Shown here in pieces: positions 38,689-53,599 of a DNA stretch of 64,000 bases. The stretch's first letter is position 1, and every line of letters begins with the position of its first letter. The DNA is taken from the NCBI GenBank assembly GCA_964106915.2, contig OZ066920.1. One strand, written 5' to 3'. Both the position numbers and the translations under genes were made by a program. The DNA comes from Podarcis gaigeae. Taxonomy: Eukaryota. Under the pieces are notes generated by a model. That model made no database searches, had not been told where the DNA came from, and worked only from the letters and a program-made list of their open reading frames with translations.

Positions 38689-41160
38689 TATTGTACAGTT
38701 GAGTTGTAGGAAGGCAAAATTCTGTTTTGAAAGACATAATGCTATGCATCTTCAGGGAGAAAAGGAGGAATTTAAATACTTCTGCCTACAAACCATGCTT
38801 TCTCCTCTGAATGCACCTATGCACAGGTAAAAATGTGGCATTTGACCATGTTCTCTTGGCTTGTTATTTTAATATTGTTCTCTTTATGGTTGTTTTATTA
38901 CATGTTCTTAAATTTGATGCACATAGACCTGCCCACACATTCTCCATCACTCACAACATCCCATTTTGTTTTTCTTGTGAAATCTTCTGCGATGCAAGCA
39001 AGGTTCAGTTTAACATGCTAGCCGAGCTATCAGTGTTTTGTTTCTTTTTTACAGCTGCCAAAAAAGTCAGTCCTACTGTCTCTGTATTTTAGGGACATAT
39101 ATACCTTTGACTCACTCCCTAAGAATGCATTTTCTCATATATTTTGAGAGGCTGGAGAAGCTTAGGGGCTTATTAAAGGGGATTATGATGAGAACAAACC
39201 CTAAGCAATTGTGAACAGTAGATATATACATGTTTCTGTGACCTAGAAACTGGAAAGGTTTGATTTCCTTGCCTCAACTTTTCTGCACTGATACCAGTTA
39301 ACCCTTCCATGTGTTTCATCCTTTTGCTCCTCTACAAACTTTCTTCTCCTATTACTTATGTCACGTTGTTCCTTCCTTATAATTTACTTTAAAAAATATT
39401 TTAGGGTTGTCTACTAAACAAGAGACAAGAGGTGAAATTCAACATTGCTCCAAGACACGTGTTTTGTTTTTGCAAGCATTTCAGTTTACTGGACAGAACA
39501 ATGGCCTGCTCTTTCTCCATTCACTATTCTGGGGTTCTCCTGAACCCTCCTCCCAGCCAGTTTTGGGACTCTTGAGTGTGTGCATATAGAAGAGATGGAG
39601 GAAATCCCATTGCAGCAGTGCTTGTGCAAGGCCTCTGCTGACAGGACTTGTGAGGTAAATCCTCCCCAAGACATATAGAAGCTCAGGAGAAACCTGAGAG
39701 TAGATGAGCAACACTTTTGTATTTGTGCTATAAAATGAAGGCAGTGCTCATCCTACATTGTTTGTTAAAGTGAAATAAATAACAACAAATAAATAATATG
39801 AGTATAATAAGTGTGTTTCACTGGTCATCATTCCTGTCAGTCACTAGACATTGTGGCCTGGCTCTCATATATCTGTGGTGGCGGCCTTGATCTAAGATTG
39901 TATTCTAAGGAGGTCTCAAAGCTCCTGAATCATTCAGAACCACAGTACGTGGTCGTACAACTAGTTTATCCCTCCTGACTGGCAGAGGAAAGAAGAGTTA
40001 ACAAACTAGGTATTCTAATTCAGATCTTTCAGGTGTGGAGTCTGACTAGACCAGCTAACCAACTTATAGACTCCCCTTGAAGAAGGCAGAAGACTAGTTG
40101 CAAAAGCAGTCATAATCCAAAGTACAATATGTCATGCACAAGAATTTATGCAGTAGAAGCAGTGGGCTTTCTCCCCTATTCCCAGTAGCAACAGCTAAGA
40201 ACACATGATCAGAATTAAGAAAACCTGGGAGACTGCTTGTTAAATAAACAGAGTTCTTCATATTGCCCTCTTTTCGTTGTTTTGAATGAATGCATAGCTT
40301 TGCAAATAGTGCTACAAAGATTCATTTGAATAATGGGGTGGTGATGGAATAGCAATGAATTGTTGCAATAATTAAAAGGTAGAGGTGTTTGTTTGTTTTT
40401 TGTTTTGAGGTGCTTAACATTTGATAATCAAGCCAGTTGACTGATGCTTCTATTGTTTAAAAAATGAGTGCTATGCTTGTTATCATGATAGCACATTATA
40501 AAACCACTGAACATTTCTACCCAGCAGCCCTAATTTATCTAGGGACCCCCAGCCTAAGGAATCTTTCCCTAAGAACTCGAATCCTGTTTGACAACATATT
40601 TACTATAAGCATAAATTCTACAGTCCGATGTCTAAACTTCTTGATTTCATAGCATGTGACAATATATATCTGTGGGACAATATCAAAATGTGGAAGACCT
40701 GAATTTGTTGTGACTGTATTTCTACCAGCAATTTTATTATCTGTTCAAAATCATGCCTGGAGAGTAAACAAAAAATCAGTAGACTTGGACTAGACTGTAA
40801 GCATGCAAATCTCTGTCTGCTTCAGAACTTAATTTACTTTGGGAAGATAAATATTCACCCAGCAATATTCATCTAAAGATAACAGTTGTTTTATATTTGA
40901 TTCTGAAACTGTTTGCTACAACATGCATATTTTCAGAACGTACATATTAAGATGTGTAAATCCCTTCACAATGGTAGACTATTGACAACATAAAGACAGC
41001 AGTGAAGTTGTGGTGTGCAGGTGTTCCAGCTGCACAAGCACCTATCATACTGGAATAATGATGCCCTGAAATAAGATATTTCCAAATACTGTTGCATTTA
41101 TAATTAAGTGCTCTTTCTAAAATAAATCTAGTCTATGCATTAGCTTTGTTCATATTTCAG

Positions 41161-41201
41161 TAATAATAATGATAATGTTGTTGTTGTTGTTGTTGTTGAT
41201 G

Positions 41202-41254
<53 letters not shown>

Positions 41255-41785
41255 TTATTTATACCCCGCCCATCTGGCTGGGTTTCCCCAGCCACTCTGG
41301 GTGGCTTCCAACAAAATATTAAAATACAATAATCTGTAAAACATTAAAAGCTTCCCTAAACAGGGCTGCCTTCAGATGTCTTCTAAAATCTGGTAGTTGT
41401 TTTTCTCTTTGACATCTGGTGGGAGGGTGTTCCACAGGGAGGGTGCCACTACCAAGAAGGCCCTCTGCCTGGTTTCCTGTAACTTCGTTTTTCACAGCGA
41501 GGGAACTGCCAGAAGGCCCTTGGCACTGGACCTCAGTGTTTGGGCAGAATGGTGGGGGTGGAGATGCTCCTTCAGGTATACCGGACCGAGGCCATTTAGA
41601 GCTTTAAAGGTCAGCACCAACACTTTGAATTGTGCTCAGAAACATACTGGGAGCCAATGTAGGTCTTTCAAAACCGGAGTTATGTCGTCTTGGTGGCCAC
41701 TCCCAGTCACCAGTCTAGCTGCCGTGTTCTGGATTAGTTGTAGTTTTCAGGTCACCTTCAAAGGTAGCCCACAAAGAGCGCACAT
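41161..41785 (-). mobile_element. L2 LINE 3' fragment with compound microsatellite tail
   Basis: The reverse strand encodes the L2 RT C-terminus (LHWLPV...FKVLVLTFKALNGLGPVYL). An (AAT)n/(GTT)n tract lies at 41161-41253. Confidence 0.88.
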
Positions 41786-44108
41786 TTAGTACATTTATTC
41801 AAAGCGCATTATTAAAGTACAGATACTGGCATATAACTCAATAGGCTCTAAACTGATTTCACTTAATGGATCTACTCAGTAAGCCAAAGTAGTTTCCTCT
41901 ACATGGACTACAACTCCCATTATCCCTGACCAATGGTCATATGGGCCTGATGGGAACAGCATCTGGACAACAACACCATTGGCTACCCCTTCCTGAAGGC
42001 ATATAGTTTCATACAGCTTGGAAAAAGACTGCCACCTTTAAAAAAACCACCGAATTCTAGTTTCTGTGTCAAGTTACTATTTTGACATTGCATTTGAACT
42101 ATTGTACTGAATATCTAGTTTATGAGTGAAACACACAAAAAATCACATTAGCCTATTAAAGGCAACAATTACAAAGGGATGTAAATTGGAAATGCAGACT
42201 TATCGTCAACAAGCAGACTAATACCATCTTTGAATAATGCATCTTTCATTCACTCTTCCAGAAGATATAAGAGCACTATAGCCACTTGCCAAGTTTCATA
42301 CTAATGTGCCACGGGGTGAATGGAGACCCTAAACTGTCACACCTTATTTAGATCATACATGTTGGAGAAAAGCTACTTCAGTTGCTTCACATATTAAATT
42401 ACTATTACTTTACTCATATTTCTTTATGGACAGTCTACAAACCCAAATAAATTATTAAAGAAGTGGTTTTTGAAGAGAAGATTATTTCCTTTTCTGCACA
42501 AAATGCATCCTAATATGATACTGTGCAAAGGTAACAGTCACAAAGAAAAAGAAAGAAAGAATCAATTTATGTAGTCAAGGATACAATTACATGCCAAAAC
42601 ATCCGGTTTCCCATTTATTTTGTGGGGGGCACTTTTGAATTTATATTACAATGTCACCTGCATAACTGCACAGACAACAAGAGGAAATGTCATACTTAAG
42701 AATCCTAGCATAGCCCTTATTTCAGTAATCAGTTATCACAAATTCTTAATTAACCCATAGCAAATTGTTGCTGACAGTAATTAAAATTTGTCCTTCTGAC
42801 ACATGCGTTCATGCACTATTGTTTAGAGTTCAAAGTAGTTATTATTGAGTTGTATCAGCATCATTAATTATCCTCAACTGTATTTGGCTTCATTCTGGTA
42901 AATCTTTGTTAATTGCTTTGATTGCAGTAGCATTTTCTTGCCTGACACACTGTGTATAAAATGTTAAGGGATTTATTTTTCCTAATAAGGTTGTGTTATG
43001 TGTAGTTTTCAGTTATTGTATTAAACATTTGTGCAAGCAAAGTGCACACACATAAATGTAACTTTAACATTAATCACTTTTAAATACTTCACCGACATGC
43101 TCCTTGAGCCATTCAGCTTCATTTAATTAAATTGCATTTGAAGTCCTTGCTACAAACCGTATGATGGTGGCTATCTAAAGTAATAATTCCATATTAAGTC
43201 TTAGCATATAACTGTGCTATTTGACAGGTATTTGCTTTTCTACACAAGTTTGTCTTAGATTATGTTGTGTGGATTTACCCCTTTGTAAACTGCAAACCTC
43301 AAAACATGCAGTCCTCAAATACATTGATACAACACAACCCCTGCAGGTACAGGTGGTGAATTAAATTGCACAACAGTGCAATTCGGTAAATGTCTACTGA
43401 GAAGGCAGTCCCACTGATTTCAGTGGGGCTTATTTCTAGGGAAGTGTGTATTGGATTGAAGTCCTAGTTAAATTTGCACCATGGTGCTTTAGCTGTATTC
43501 CTGTCATGCTACCTCACCAAATATGGTCAGCAACCTGAAGTTCTGACTCCATCTGCAACATCACATCACCACAGTGATGTTGCACCAGTAGAGCAGTGAC
43601 TTAATCCTATCCAAAATGCTTACTAGCCTATGCAGCAGCCAATGGTATCACGAAGCTCAGCATTTCAGCAGCCTGAAGTGGGCTGATTTTAAAACATGTT
43701 CTGCAGAAACAGGTAGTTCTCTTAGTCATGATATATGAGGCAGTTAAGTTGGTTAAATGCAACTGCTACTGTTGTTTTGTGACAACTCAGGTTTCACTCT
43801 CATTACTGTTAATGTAAGGAAAATTGAACTGTCACTATTTATGCTTTCCCTGATCTACAACAAGATAGATGGCTTTATTTGCCTAGCTTCACACATGCCA
43901 CACTACCACACCATCTGTTTGTTTTGTTAATGGCACTTTGTAAAGTCCTTGGAGTTCCTCATGGGTAAGTTCTAAATCTCTCTTCTTCAAAGTACTTGGG
44001 ATGACTAGGAATGATTGTCAGTTTGGGTCTTAAGTTCATTTTCCAGTCTTACGTTCATTTCCAAATACCGTATGTTTGATAATTTGAAAGTCGATGTGAA
44101 ATGTCATA

Positions 44109-44350
44109 CAGTGGTACCGCTAGTTACGTACTTAATTTGTTCCGGAGGTCCGTTCTTAACCTGAAACTGTTCTTAATCTGAAGCACCACTTTAGCTAATG
44201 GGGCCTCCCACTGCTGCTGCGCCGCTGGAACACGATTTCTGTTCTCATTCTGAAGCAAAGTTCTTAACCCGAGGTAATATTTCTGGGTTAGCGGAGTCTG
44301 TAACCTGAAGCATATGTAACCTGAAACGTCTGTAACCCGAGGTACCACTG
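44109..44350. mobile_element. Tc1/mariner MITE (~240-bp family)
   Basis: cagtggtacc...taacccgaggtaccactg and a TA TSD. Confidence 0.88.
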
Positions 44351-47300
44351 TACACATTTTCATGCATGTTTTTCCTAGTATTGGCAGTCTTGTATGCTGT
44401 TTTTGCTTAGTGTATGCATTTTTGCAATCAGTTTTCTCCTAATAGCATGCATTTGTGTGTGATATTTTCACGAATAGGTTTGTTTTTGTGCACATTTCAC
44501 TAATGTATACACTTTCCTATGCATTTTTAAGTTAAAGAACTGCATTGCAGTGCAAATTTTGAAGGACAGCTGTGTTTCAGTTTGTGCATTGGCTTAGTAA
44601 GTGTGCCTTTGGTAGGGGCACATGAAACTGCGGACTGGACAAACTTCTCTCCCGTTCCCAGTGATGACAATTCAACCCCCTCTGGCAGCATCTCACTGAA
44701 CTCACTGAACTGCCCTCAACCAACAAAATAATCCCTTACTTCAGGTTACCTGTTTTACTGGCACTTTCGCCATTCTGGAAAAAATGAAAACAATAAACTT
44801 GAAAATATTTATCTGCCTTGGTCACCTTAATCACCTCCTGCAGCCATCACATCCTTTCTGGCATTGGTCTGTGAGCTTTAACTGCCCCTGCTAGCAGAGA
44901 CTGTCACATTGTGTTTCGATCCCAAACTATCCCATTGGACTTCATGATCATGTATCTGCTATTAACAGAACCTTCCCCCAGGAACAAGTTCAGCAACTAG
45001 ATTAAACTACATCAACGGTGCTTTCTCTGAAAGAAACGGGTACCTTTAGTTGTGGCTGACAGGCAGCTTGACCAGCCATTGCCTTATCTCTGGCAGGCCT
45101 TACATCCAGTTGACATTGTGAGGTCATCTGGCCACTGAGGGAAAGGCCAATTCTAATCTAGATTGGTGTCATGTGGAAGATGACATACTCGTATGCATGT
45201 CACAGGCAGCAGCTCTGGAGGCCTGTAAGGGGCAGGGGTGAGGACAACACACTCTGGGTTGTGAAACCTGCTGGCAACAAGTTTCACCCCGTACTGCATT
45301 TGATGGTTTCCACTAATTGATTTTTCTGCATGCATGGTTTCTTTTGTTGGGACTCTTTTCACTAGTCACATCCAGAAGTTACATCCAAGTTTTTTCTGAT
45401 CTCTCTTCTTATTTTTAACCATCTTGGGTTCCCTTGCCATTCCTACTTAAGTGCAAAGGGTTGACCCTCTGAAATTTCTTTAAGAGTTAGTACACAACTG
45501 GCCTGTACCTCTGTATAATCGTTCTTATGACTCCTATGAGGTGGCAAAATGTTTGAAAATGTGGTCAATTGGCATAGATTAGGGAAGAAGACTGCACTAC
45601 CCCCATTTCCCAGAGAAGCCTTGTTGCTAGGCAAAAACTAGCAAAAAATTCCTTTTGATGATCTGTCAAAGTTGAACCTTTCCAGAGCAAAAACTGCAAT
45701 GGCAGAGAGTCCTGGTGTCTTTTATTATATTGGTGACATTATATCAGATTATTATTGAGAAGAGACTAGGCCAGAATTAACAAGGAACTGAATTATAGCT
45801 TTATAAATTAGAACAGAAGTAATTATACAGCTAGCTTCCTATTTCTGGTTGCAGTGCCACCTACTGCTGGAAGAGCAACTCATAGTTGCTGCTGTAGAGC
45901 AGCCCCTTAATTTGGCAGTTTTATCCCATTTTTAAAGTGTATGCTGGCACTATTGTTTTTTTTTTTTGTTTTTTTTAAGACATTGCTATTATAGCCTTAT
46001 TATTTTCTGCCAAATATTATATGTTTTTGCAATGTAAAATTTAATAAAGTATTTAACACAGAATAAGTTCCTCAGTTTGCTGCAGATGGTATTCTCAAAT
46101 CATTTGGTACTGAGAAAAACAGCAATATTCCTTGCATGGCAGTGCCAGCTTGAGCAGAATATTTCTTGCAATATCATAAGTACTATGAGTGTATACTCAA
46201 CAGAAGATTTAGTACTAAAGCAATTAGGAGCTTTGAAACACAGTCTGCCTTGGTCCAAAGTAATTCAAAGGCTGCCCAATTCAGTTCAGGGTCCCAGGCC
46301 AAATCTGTTTCAGACAAAAGGCCCATTCACTATGGGAGAAGGCAATTACTATTTAACTTTTTGCTTTTGCAAAAAATCAATGAAATTTGCAGGCACAGGA
46401 GCCCTTCAGAGTGTATTAAACCTACCAAATTACAAGCAAATACAACTAGGATCTTTTGTGTTGAGCACTTTATTAAAAGTTTGATGACGACAACTTTCTT
46501 TTAAAAGGAAATATCTATAGATTTTTTTAATTTCTAGCAGAATTAGATGAAATTTGCAAGCAGATTTGACCCTTTGGAAGAGATTGATCCTACTTAATTT
46601 TGAAGGATAACTGCTTTGGTTTTCCTGCAAGGGTAACCTTTACAGTTATGGGATGGATAAAAATTATTAATTTAATCTCACCTAGTGTTTTGTAAGTAAT
46701 TGTCCTGAAAATAGTGGGCATGAGAGGTAACACTGAATTGTTTTATAAACCATTCACAATTAACACGAACTCTCAAACCTCCCCTGTCAAATGTGTAAAC
46801 CTTGGAGTTTGGAGTTTGGTACTGAGGGAAAATAAGATGCATCCCTAACTTCCCTATCAGCTACCTCTGGCTCCTCGGCTCCTCAGGAAGAATCATCTTA
46901 TCATTAATATTCTAATGTTAAATATTTATATCCAGTTACAACAAGTTCTTTTTCAGCGACTTATCCATCAAGGAACAGAGAGCCATAAGAAATTCTAATT
47001 TTCCTTTGAAAGCAACAGAGCAAACCATCTCCCATGTTTACCAGGTTTGGGTAGGAGGGACTTGGATTGGACAGAGGTGTTCCTCCACCCAGCTCTATTG
47101 GGCAAGCTGGCCACCTGCTGCATGCTACTGGTTCAGAGCTTTCCATTCTGCCTGCTGAACTTTTGGGTGGGCAGAAGTGCTGGTGGTGGGTATGCTGCTG
47201 GTAATAGCCTGTAGACAGCTCCAAAACAGGGTGTTCCAGAGGCTGGGAGGGTTGTGGCTAAGCCATCCTGGGAGCCATTAAATCCTGAGCTGATCCCACT

Positions 47301-47445
47301 ATTGTCATGTTATGATATCAGACCTAATCTGTGCCTGATCACTATACCAGTTGCATGTTGGCACAGTGATCATCCTGGCCTTGTTTTCTGATCATCCATC
47401 ATCACTGGAGGGCTGCAGATGCAGTAGTGGCCTCACCATTCCATA

Positions 47446-47695
47446 AAGAAGAAGAAGAGTTTGGATTTGATATCCCGCTTCATCACTACCCTAAGGAGTT
47501 TCAAAGCGGCTAACATTCTCCTTTCCCTTCCTCCCCCACAACAAACACTCTGTGAGGTGAGTGGTGCTGATAGACTTCAGAGAAGTGTGACTAGCCCAAG
47601 GTCACCCAGCAGCTGCATGTGGAGGAGCGGGGACGCGAACCCAGTTCCCCAGATTACGAGACTACCGCTCTTAAACACTACACCACACTGGCTCC
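47446..47695 (-). mobile_element. tRNA-derived Squam3/MIR-like SINE
   Basis: Minus strand gagccagtgtggtgtagtg (A-box) ...gggttcgcgtccc (B-box-like)...tgggtgaccttgggctagtcac (CORE-like), with a (TTC)n tail. Confidence 0.8.
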
Positions 47696-49171
47696 CTTGC
47701 CAGTCAGCAGTGGGAAGTTTTATTTCCCCCTAACAGGCAATGATAAGCACCTCTCTTACGTACTCAGAGAAGAGGGGAATGTGAGTTGCCATATTACCCC
47801 GTGAATGTATCTGTAAGGTTTTGGGTTTTTTTCATAACCAAATATAACATTCTCAAAAGACACAGAAACTTCAGACCCAGTCCAGTGTACACATCAGCTT
47901 GACAACTTGGGAAAGCTTTGTGTAAAAAGATGTGGGGAGGGCATATTGATCTAGAAGAAAGTGAAGACTTTGTGCACAAATGTTTTGAATAATATACCCA
48001 GACAGTGCAAGAGTGGCCTTGGCAGCATTCAGCTACTACCTTTAAAAAGCTCATTCATATCAATGAATTACACTCTACATAAGCATGAGGCCATTTTCAG
48101 CATTAGTTCAATTCCCATTCTTACTTCCTTCTTACATTTCTCATGCCAAGAAATAAACAGCAGCACAGCACTGAAGCTACCTGTCTTGCTAAAGTTAATA
48201 TTCATAAATATGATGCGTCATTAATATAGATATTTCAGGAATATATAAGGTGTGAATCTGTATTTCTGAGGGGTCATCAACTTTTCTCTATCTGCATATT
48301 TGGCCTTTCATGAGTTACAACATGCATAACTGACATACAACACATTTTATACCCACAGTATCCAAGAAGCAGAGGGTAAAAGCAAGTCCTAGACCAGCAA
48401 ACCAAAAGAGGGATAAATTAATGAGAAGTAGACCTATCCATCAGACAAAGCACTATGAGAGAGACAGAAACAGAGATTGGTGCAGTATGCACCTATGTGG
48501 AAACCACATGAAGTCCTCCTCTCTAATCCCAAATATCTGTGGACTAACAGTGATTAGTAATGGAAAGGCATTCTCTCTATGAACAGATGCATTTTCTTCA
48601 TAACTATTGCTCACATATGTATTATTGATAGTCAACATTCCAAGACATTCAAAGTATGTTCTTCTGGGGTGAGCCATGGTAAGTCCTAGCTCAGATTAAA
48701 CTTGGGGGTGGGGCTACTTCCATGCTTCCATGTTGTGAGATGGACTGTTATCATACCTAGTAGCAATAACATGTCCTAAAATTAGAACAATATATGAATA
48801 AGCAAAATGTTTGTATAAAACACACTATGTTAAACATGTCCTAATTACTTCAGAAATGCAATGCCATCTTGTCTTCAACATTAATGTCACTATAAAGCGC
48901 GGCCCACAAATAGCATCTAGGTGAGGCTCATCTAAAAATCAATGTAACTTCTAATTACTGTGGCAAAATGCACCCAGTCAAAAAGGAGGGGAGGAATGCT
49001 TCAAGTGATGGTGTCCCAGTAGACATAAATGTAATGTTAACCAGTACTCTTGACTATCACATCTGAAAAATTAAAATATTGGCTGAAAGGATTGACAAAC
49101 ATACAAATACACCCTTGGAGTTCCATGAGTTAGACAAGTTATTCTAGAATTGGACAACATGTGAAAACGTC

Positions 49172-49172
49172 T

Positions 49173-49238
<66 letters not shown>
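49172..49238. repeat. (GT)n(GA)n compound microsatellite
   Basis: Direct reading. Confidence 0.95.
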
Positions 49239-49240
<2 letters not shown>

Positions 49241-49850
49241 AGCATGAGTTACAGTTGCTGACAAGGATCACACAGCAAGAGGGAAATGTGCTGCAAGCAC
49301 CAAGAATTGAAAGCACTGAAAATATAACTGGGATAGACTCCAATTCAGACACAGCCTAGAGGGACAGGGCTCCATGAACATACACATGATCCTCTTGACC
49401 CTTGCTGTCACTGAATATGGTAAACAAACAAACAAACAGGCTATGGAGTTTGAGTGGCCTTTGACATTTCACTGTTTACATGTACCATTTTAAAACTAGT
49501 TTTTACACATTCCCGAAAAGAGGGGAGAAAGAAAAAGAAAGATACTACAGCCTTTAACCTTGAGGTCATAGTTAAACCCACACATTTGGGTCATAGCTGA
49601 AACACCAAAAAACAAAACATATTTCCCCAACTTTTAGCACTTGGTATCCAATGTATGTGATCCAAAGAAATATGGAGTCCAGAGAAGCTTCAGAATGCTT
49701 TTTCTTGAACTCTGAGCACTCCTGTGTCAGATGGAAAACATATTTTAAAATTCATGTGATTTTCAAAACAGTGTTTCAAAATTCAGGTGAGTTGTTTGCA
49801 ACATGATTTGGGTGTCCACAAATAAGTAATAAAATTCGACTAATCTAGAG

Positions 49851-50095
49851 CAGGCATGTCCAACAGGTAGATTGCAATCTACTGGTAGAGCGTGGGGTGT
49901 TCCTTGTATATCCTGGTTGATCTCTGGCCCCTCAGTGACCTTTTTACAAAGAAAGCAAAAAACTTTGGCTTCCTAAAAAAAGCTCCATAATTTTGGTGAG
50001 ATCACTGCCAGTCTTTTTACGACAATGGGTAGATCACTGCCAGTTTTTTTTATACTGTGAGTAGATCACAGTTTATTGGGAGTTGGACGTCCCTG
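49851..50095. mobile_element. hAT-Charlie-type non-autonomous element
   Basis: TIR caggcatgtccaac / gttggacgtccctg, TSD atctagag/gtctagag (NTCTAGAN type) and gtagatc repeats. Confidence 0.82.
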
Positions 50096-50156
50096 GTCTA
50101 GAGCAAGTATTTTAAGGAACTTTTTTGATTCTGGACTGTGTTATTTTCTTACAGTA

Positions 50157-50389
50157 CAGTGGTACTGCGAGTTACAAACACTTTGGGTTACAAACACATT
50201 AGGTTACAAACTCTGCTAACCCAAAACTCTGCTAACCCTTGGGTTGAGAACTTTGCCCCAGGATAATGAAAATCATATGGTGGTGGTGTGGAAGGCCCCA
50301 TTAGCAAAAGTGCACCTCAGGTTAAGAACGGTTTGGGGTTAAGAATGGACCTCCGGAATGAATTAAGTTTGTAACCCGAGGTACCACTG
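50157..50389. mobile_element. Tc1/mariner MITE (~240-bp family, reversed)
   Basis: cagtggtact...taacccgaggtaccactg and a TA TSD. Confidence 0.85.
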
Positions 50390-51031
50390 TAATTGTCTTG
50401 TGCTTTAACCTCTTTCCTAAAACATTATGGATAAGTAAAAATGTACAAGTCAAAATTGAGAATTACAGACTAGGAAAGCGGTTATTCTGACTTGTGAAAA
50501 AGAAGTTCCTTATATATTCAAAATAGATACATTTGTCTTCAATTCCATACACTACACTTATGCCATTCCATTTGTCATCCTTGCTTTTAACCTTTCCATC
50601 CAAGCATTTTCCTGTATTGTTCATCCTATACTACAATCCATGCAGGTTTAAACTACATTTTTCCAGCATCAGTGTAGGACCTTCATATGTACGATGAATG
50701 CATCCCACAAATCATTCATATATGTATAGAATGATTTGGGTCCTTCTCACCAGCATACAGTCACCTTCCTTGTACCACAGCTGTTCCCTGTGTCATTCTA
50801 GTTTCTGTGTACTGATGCAAACATAGTTCTGGTTCTGATCATGCTTTAGGCGAGTAGGAATGAGCCCTGGGTTTATCTGCATGAAAATTGAAGCATTCAC
50901 TTTTTACTTAAGAACAAACTTAAGTAGCTCCTTGTTTTGCATCAATTCAGGGAGTTATGGTTTGTTCTGAAAGAAGTTAGTTTAAGAAAACCAGATTAAA
51001 TTGTGATTTGATATCCAAATTAGTTAACTAA

Positions 51032-51198
51032 GGGCTTATCCACACTTCCGTTTCCCCACCACTTTTCCCTGGGAAAACCCATGGATTAGTGTTGAATCAG
51101 AGCAAACGGCAATCTGGCTTTCTGTGGACTGCCATTGGTTCCAATTCATTGCTAAAGCAGGGGAAAGTGGTGGGGCAAACGGTAGTGTGGAAAAGCCC
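51032..51198. mobile_element. PIF/Harbinger-like MITE
   Basis: ~40-bp TIR gggcttatccacacttccgttt / aaacggtagtgtggaaaagccc, flanked by TAA / TTA. Confidence 0.7.
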
Positions 51199-51323
51199 TT
51201 ATCCTAGCAAACATGGGACAAGTGAGAAAACTCTCAGACCCATGCTTTCTAGGCACAGGACAAGTGGAACTGTGAACGAACCCCCTCTTTAGCTAGAACA
51301 AACCTCATTTTCTTGTATGTAAC

Positions 51324-51440
51324 CAGTGGCGTAGCGTGGGTTGTCAGCACCCGGGGCAAGGCAAGTAATTTGCGCCCCCTAACCCATGGATTTGCGCCCC
51401 CTAACCCTAACCCCCCTGCACCCCCCACGCTACGCCACTG
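51324..51440. mobile_element. 117-bp hAT MITE
   Basis: Perfect 17-bp TIR cagtggcgtagcgtggg and a perfect 8-bp TSD tatgtaac. Confidence 0.9.
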
Positions 51441-53599
51441 TATGTAACATGGAACTGAGGTTTGTTCTAATGTGAATGCAGAAACTTATACTCTGCTCCT
51501 CTCAAGTTCAAAGGAGGGGGATTAATGGAGAGCATGTGAGCCTGACATTCACCATGGTTTGTTCACAATCATTTATTAGGTGGTTTAGAATTATCATCTG
51601 AACTGGGCCATAGTCCCAGCCTACTCTAATTTTTCATCACATCCTGCAGTGTTTCTTCGTGTTCCCAAAATATACACTCCAATCCATTGTTCTAGATTTC
51701 CCCAACCACAATACTAAACCACTGCTATTAAGCACTAATCACTATGACAAACTTTACTGAAATAGGTTCAGCTCAGACCTGAAAGAGAGCCTCTGATTAC
51801 TGTATATGATAAACGCCCTTATTATATCCAAATTAGGAATTTTATATTACTTAGGACTTGTTTGATTTTTTTCCAGGGGTAAAAAAATGCTGCGCAGATC
51901 ATCAGACACTATTACTAGCCAGTATTTCATTTGTAGAAATCTAGGCACAAAGTGGCATTGATTGTATTTTTTCCCTAGTCTGGAAAAGAATTGATTATCA
52001 CTGACCTCATCTACTTGTGTCTAGGACATTGTACCATGAGCCTTTCCCACAACTTCATTATATGCTTCATTAACTTAACACCTTTATAATTTCCACATTC
52101 CTTGGTGTCTACTTTGTCTTGAAAAACCGGTGCTAAATTATTAGCTCCCTGTGCTTTAAACATCCCCACCCATTAAAAATTGAATTCAGGAGTTTCACTC
52201 GTCCCCAACCACATCCTTTCTAGTCCCTGCTGTGTGTGCTGCTCCATGCATAGAAATCTCCCTAGTACTGCTCCCTCCCATCCATAGCCCTCCTGCACAC
52301 AGATATATGCATTTGTATCAGGGTTACGTAATGCTGTTGAGTGCCTTCAGAGATTTACTGGGGATTCCATTCTGCCCCAGGGATTGTTCTCTCTTTGGTG
52401 CTACTTCCGTCTCATGCATTACAGCAGCAAGCCATTATTATTTCTAATTTAGATGATACTCCCCAGATAATGCATTGAATTGAGAAAGTCATGAAAATAT
52501 TTTTCCTTATCAGTTTTAATGAACACTTTTATTACTATACTTAATAATTTCCACTTTATTCAAAAATTGAATTATTTTATTTTAATTTTGCCAGGTTTCC
52601 CTTTTTTCTCTTCACTTGTTACCTGCTCTTTTATTTAGCATATAGTAACTTATTTGAGGAGCTTCCTCTAATATCAGCCCCTGCCACTTTAATATTTTCT
52701 CTTTTGTTTTGTTTTCCCCCACCTGTAAGACCTACAGGTCTTATCTATACTATTAGTATGATCTGATTTTGCACTGAACAAGAATTGAAATTCCACAGAC
52801 TCTTCACTCAATAAAATTTGCAATAATCACATATGTTGAGGTTTTGAATACATTAGAATTAGAATGACACAAACTTACTGAAGAGAGATGGGAGGGGAAC
52901 TAGGAGAACTATGGGGCCATGTGCAAGAACAGGAAATGTTGCTAACACAAATCACAGATCACTGTATGTCTTACTCATACAACATCTATTTCTGAGACAG
53001 TTTCAGACATTCACCCTAATGCAAAGTATCATGTACACTCATATGCATACATGATTTTCTTGTGAGCACAAGAAAATTATTCATTCATACACATACTACA
53101 AACACATTATTTTCTGCTCATGGGAATAAAGGAGAATGGGATGGAGAGAGAGAGAGAAGGAGAAGATAAAGGGACAGAGGAAAAGGGACAGAAGGATGGA
53201 CTGCCTTCTTTGCCAGCTGCTGCTGTTGAAAAAGGGAGCAACAATGTCAGGAGGAATTGCTGATGCACTAGCAGAAGCAGCCAGGAAGGGGTTGAGGAGC
53301 TCCTAGGAACTTGGAAGGGAAGGAGTCAGATTATGTGGCATTCTCAGTGATGCCCAAGTCCCAGTGATGCCCAAGTCCCAATTCAGCTTGAATTGGGGCT
53401 AGGGATTAATCAAGTTATTTTTGGGTCCTCACCCTGTCCCAAAAATGACTTGCTTTACCAAACACAGTTCAAAATGGAATGAAAGGATTCACAAACCATG
53501 ATTGGTCTGTGCTTTAATTCATCATGCCCATATACAGAAACAAAATGAACAACCCATTCCCCTACTTTAGAAATACATGATAAATTTGAATCCATGAGT

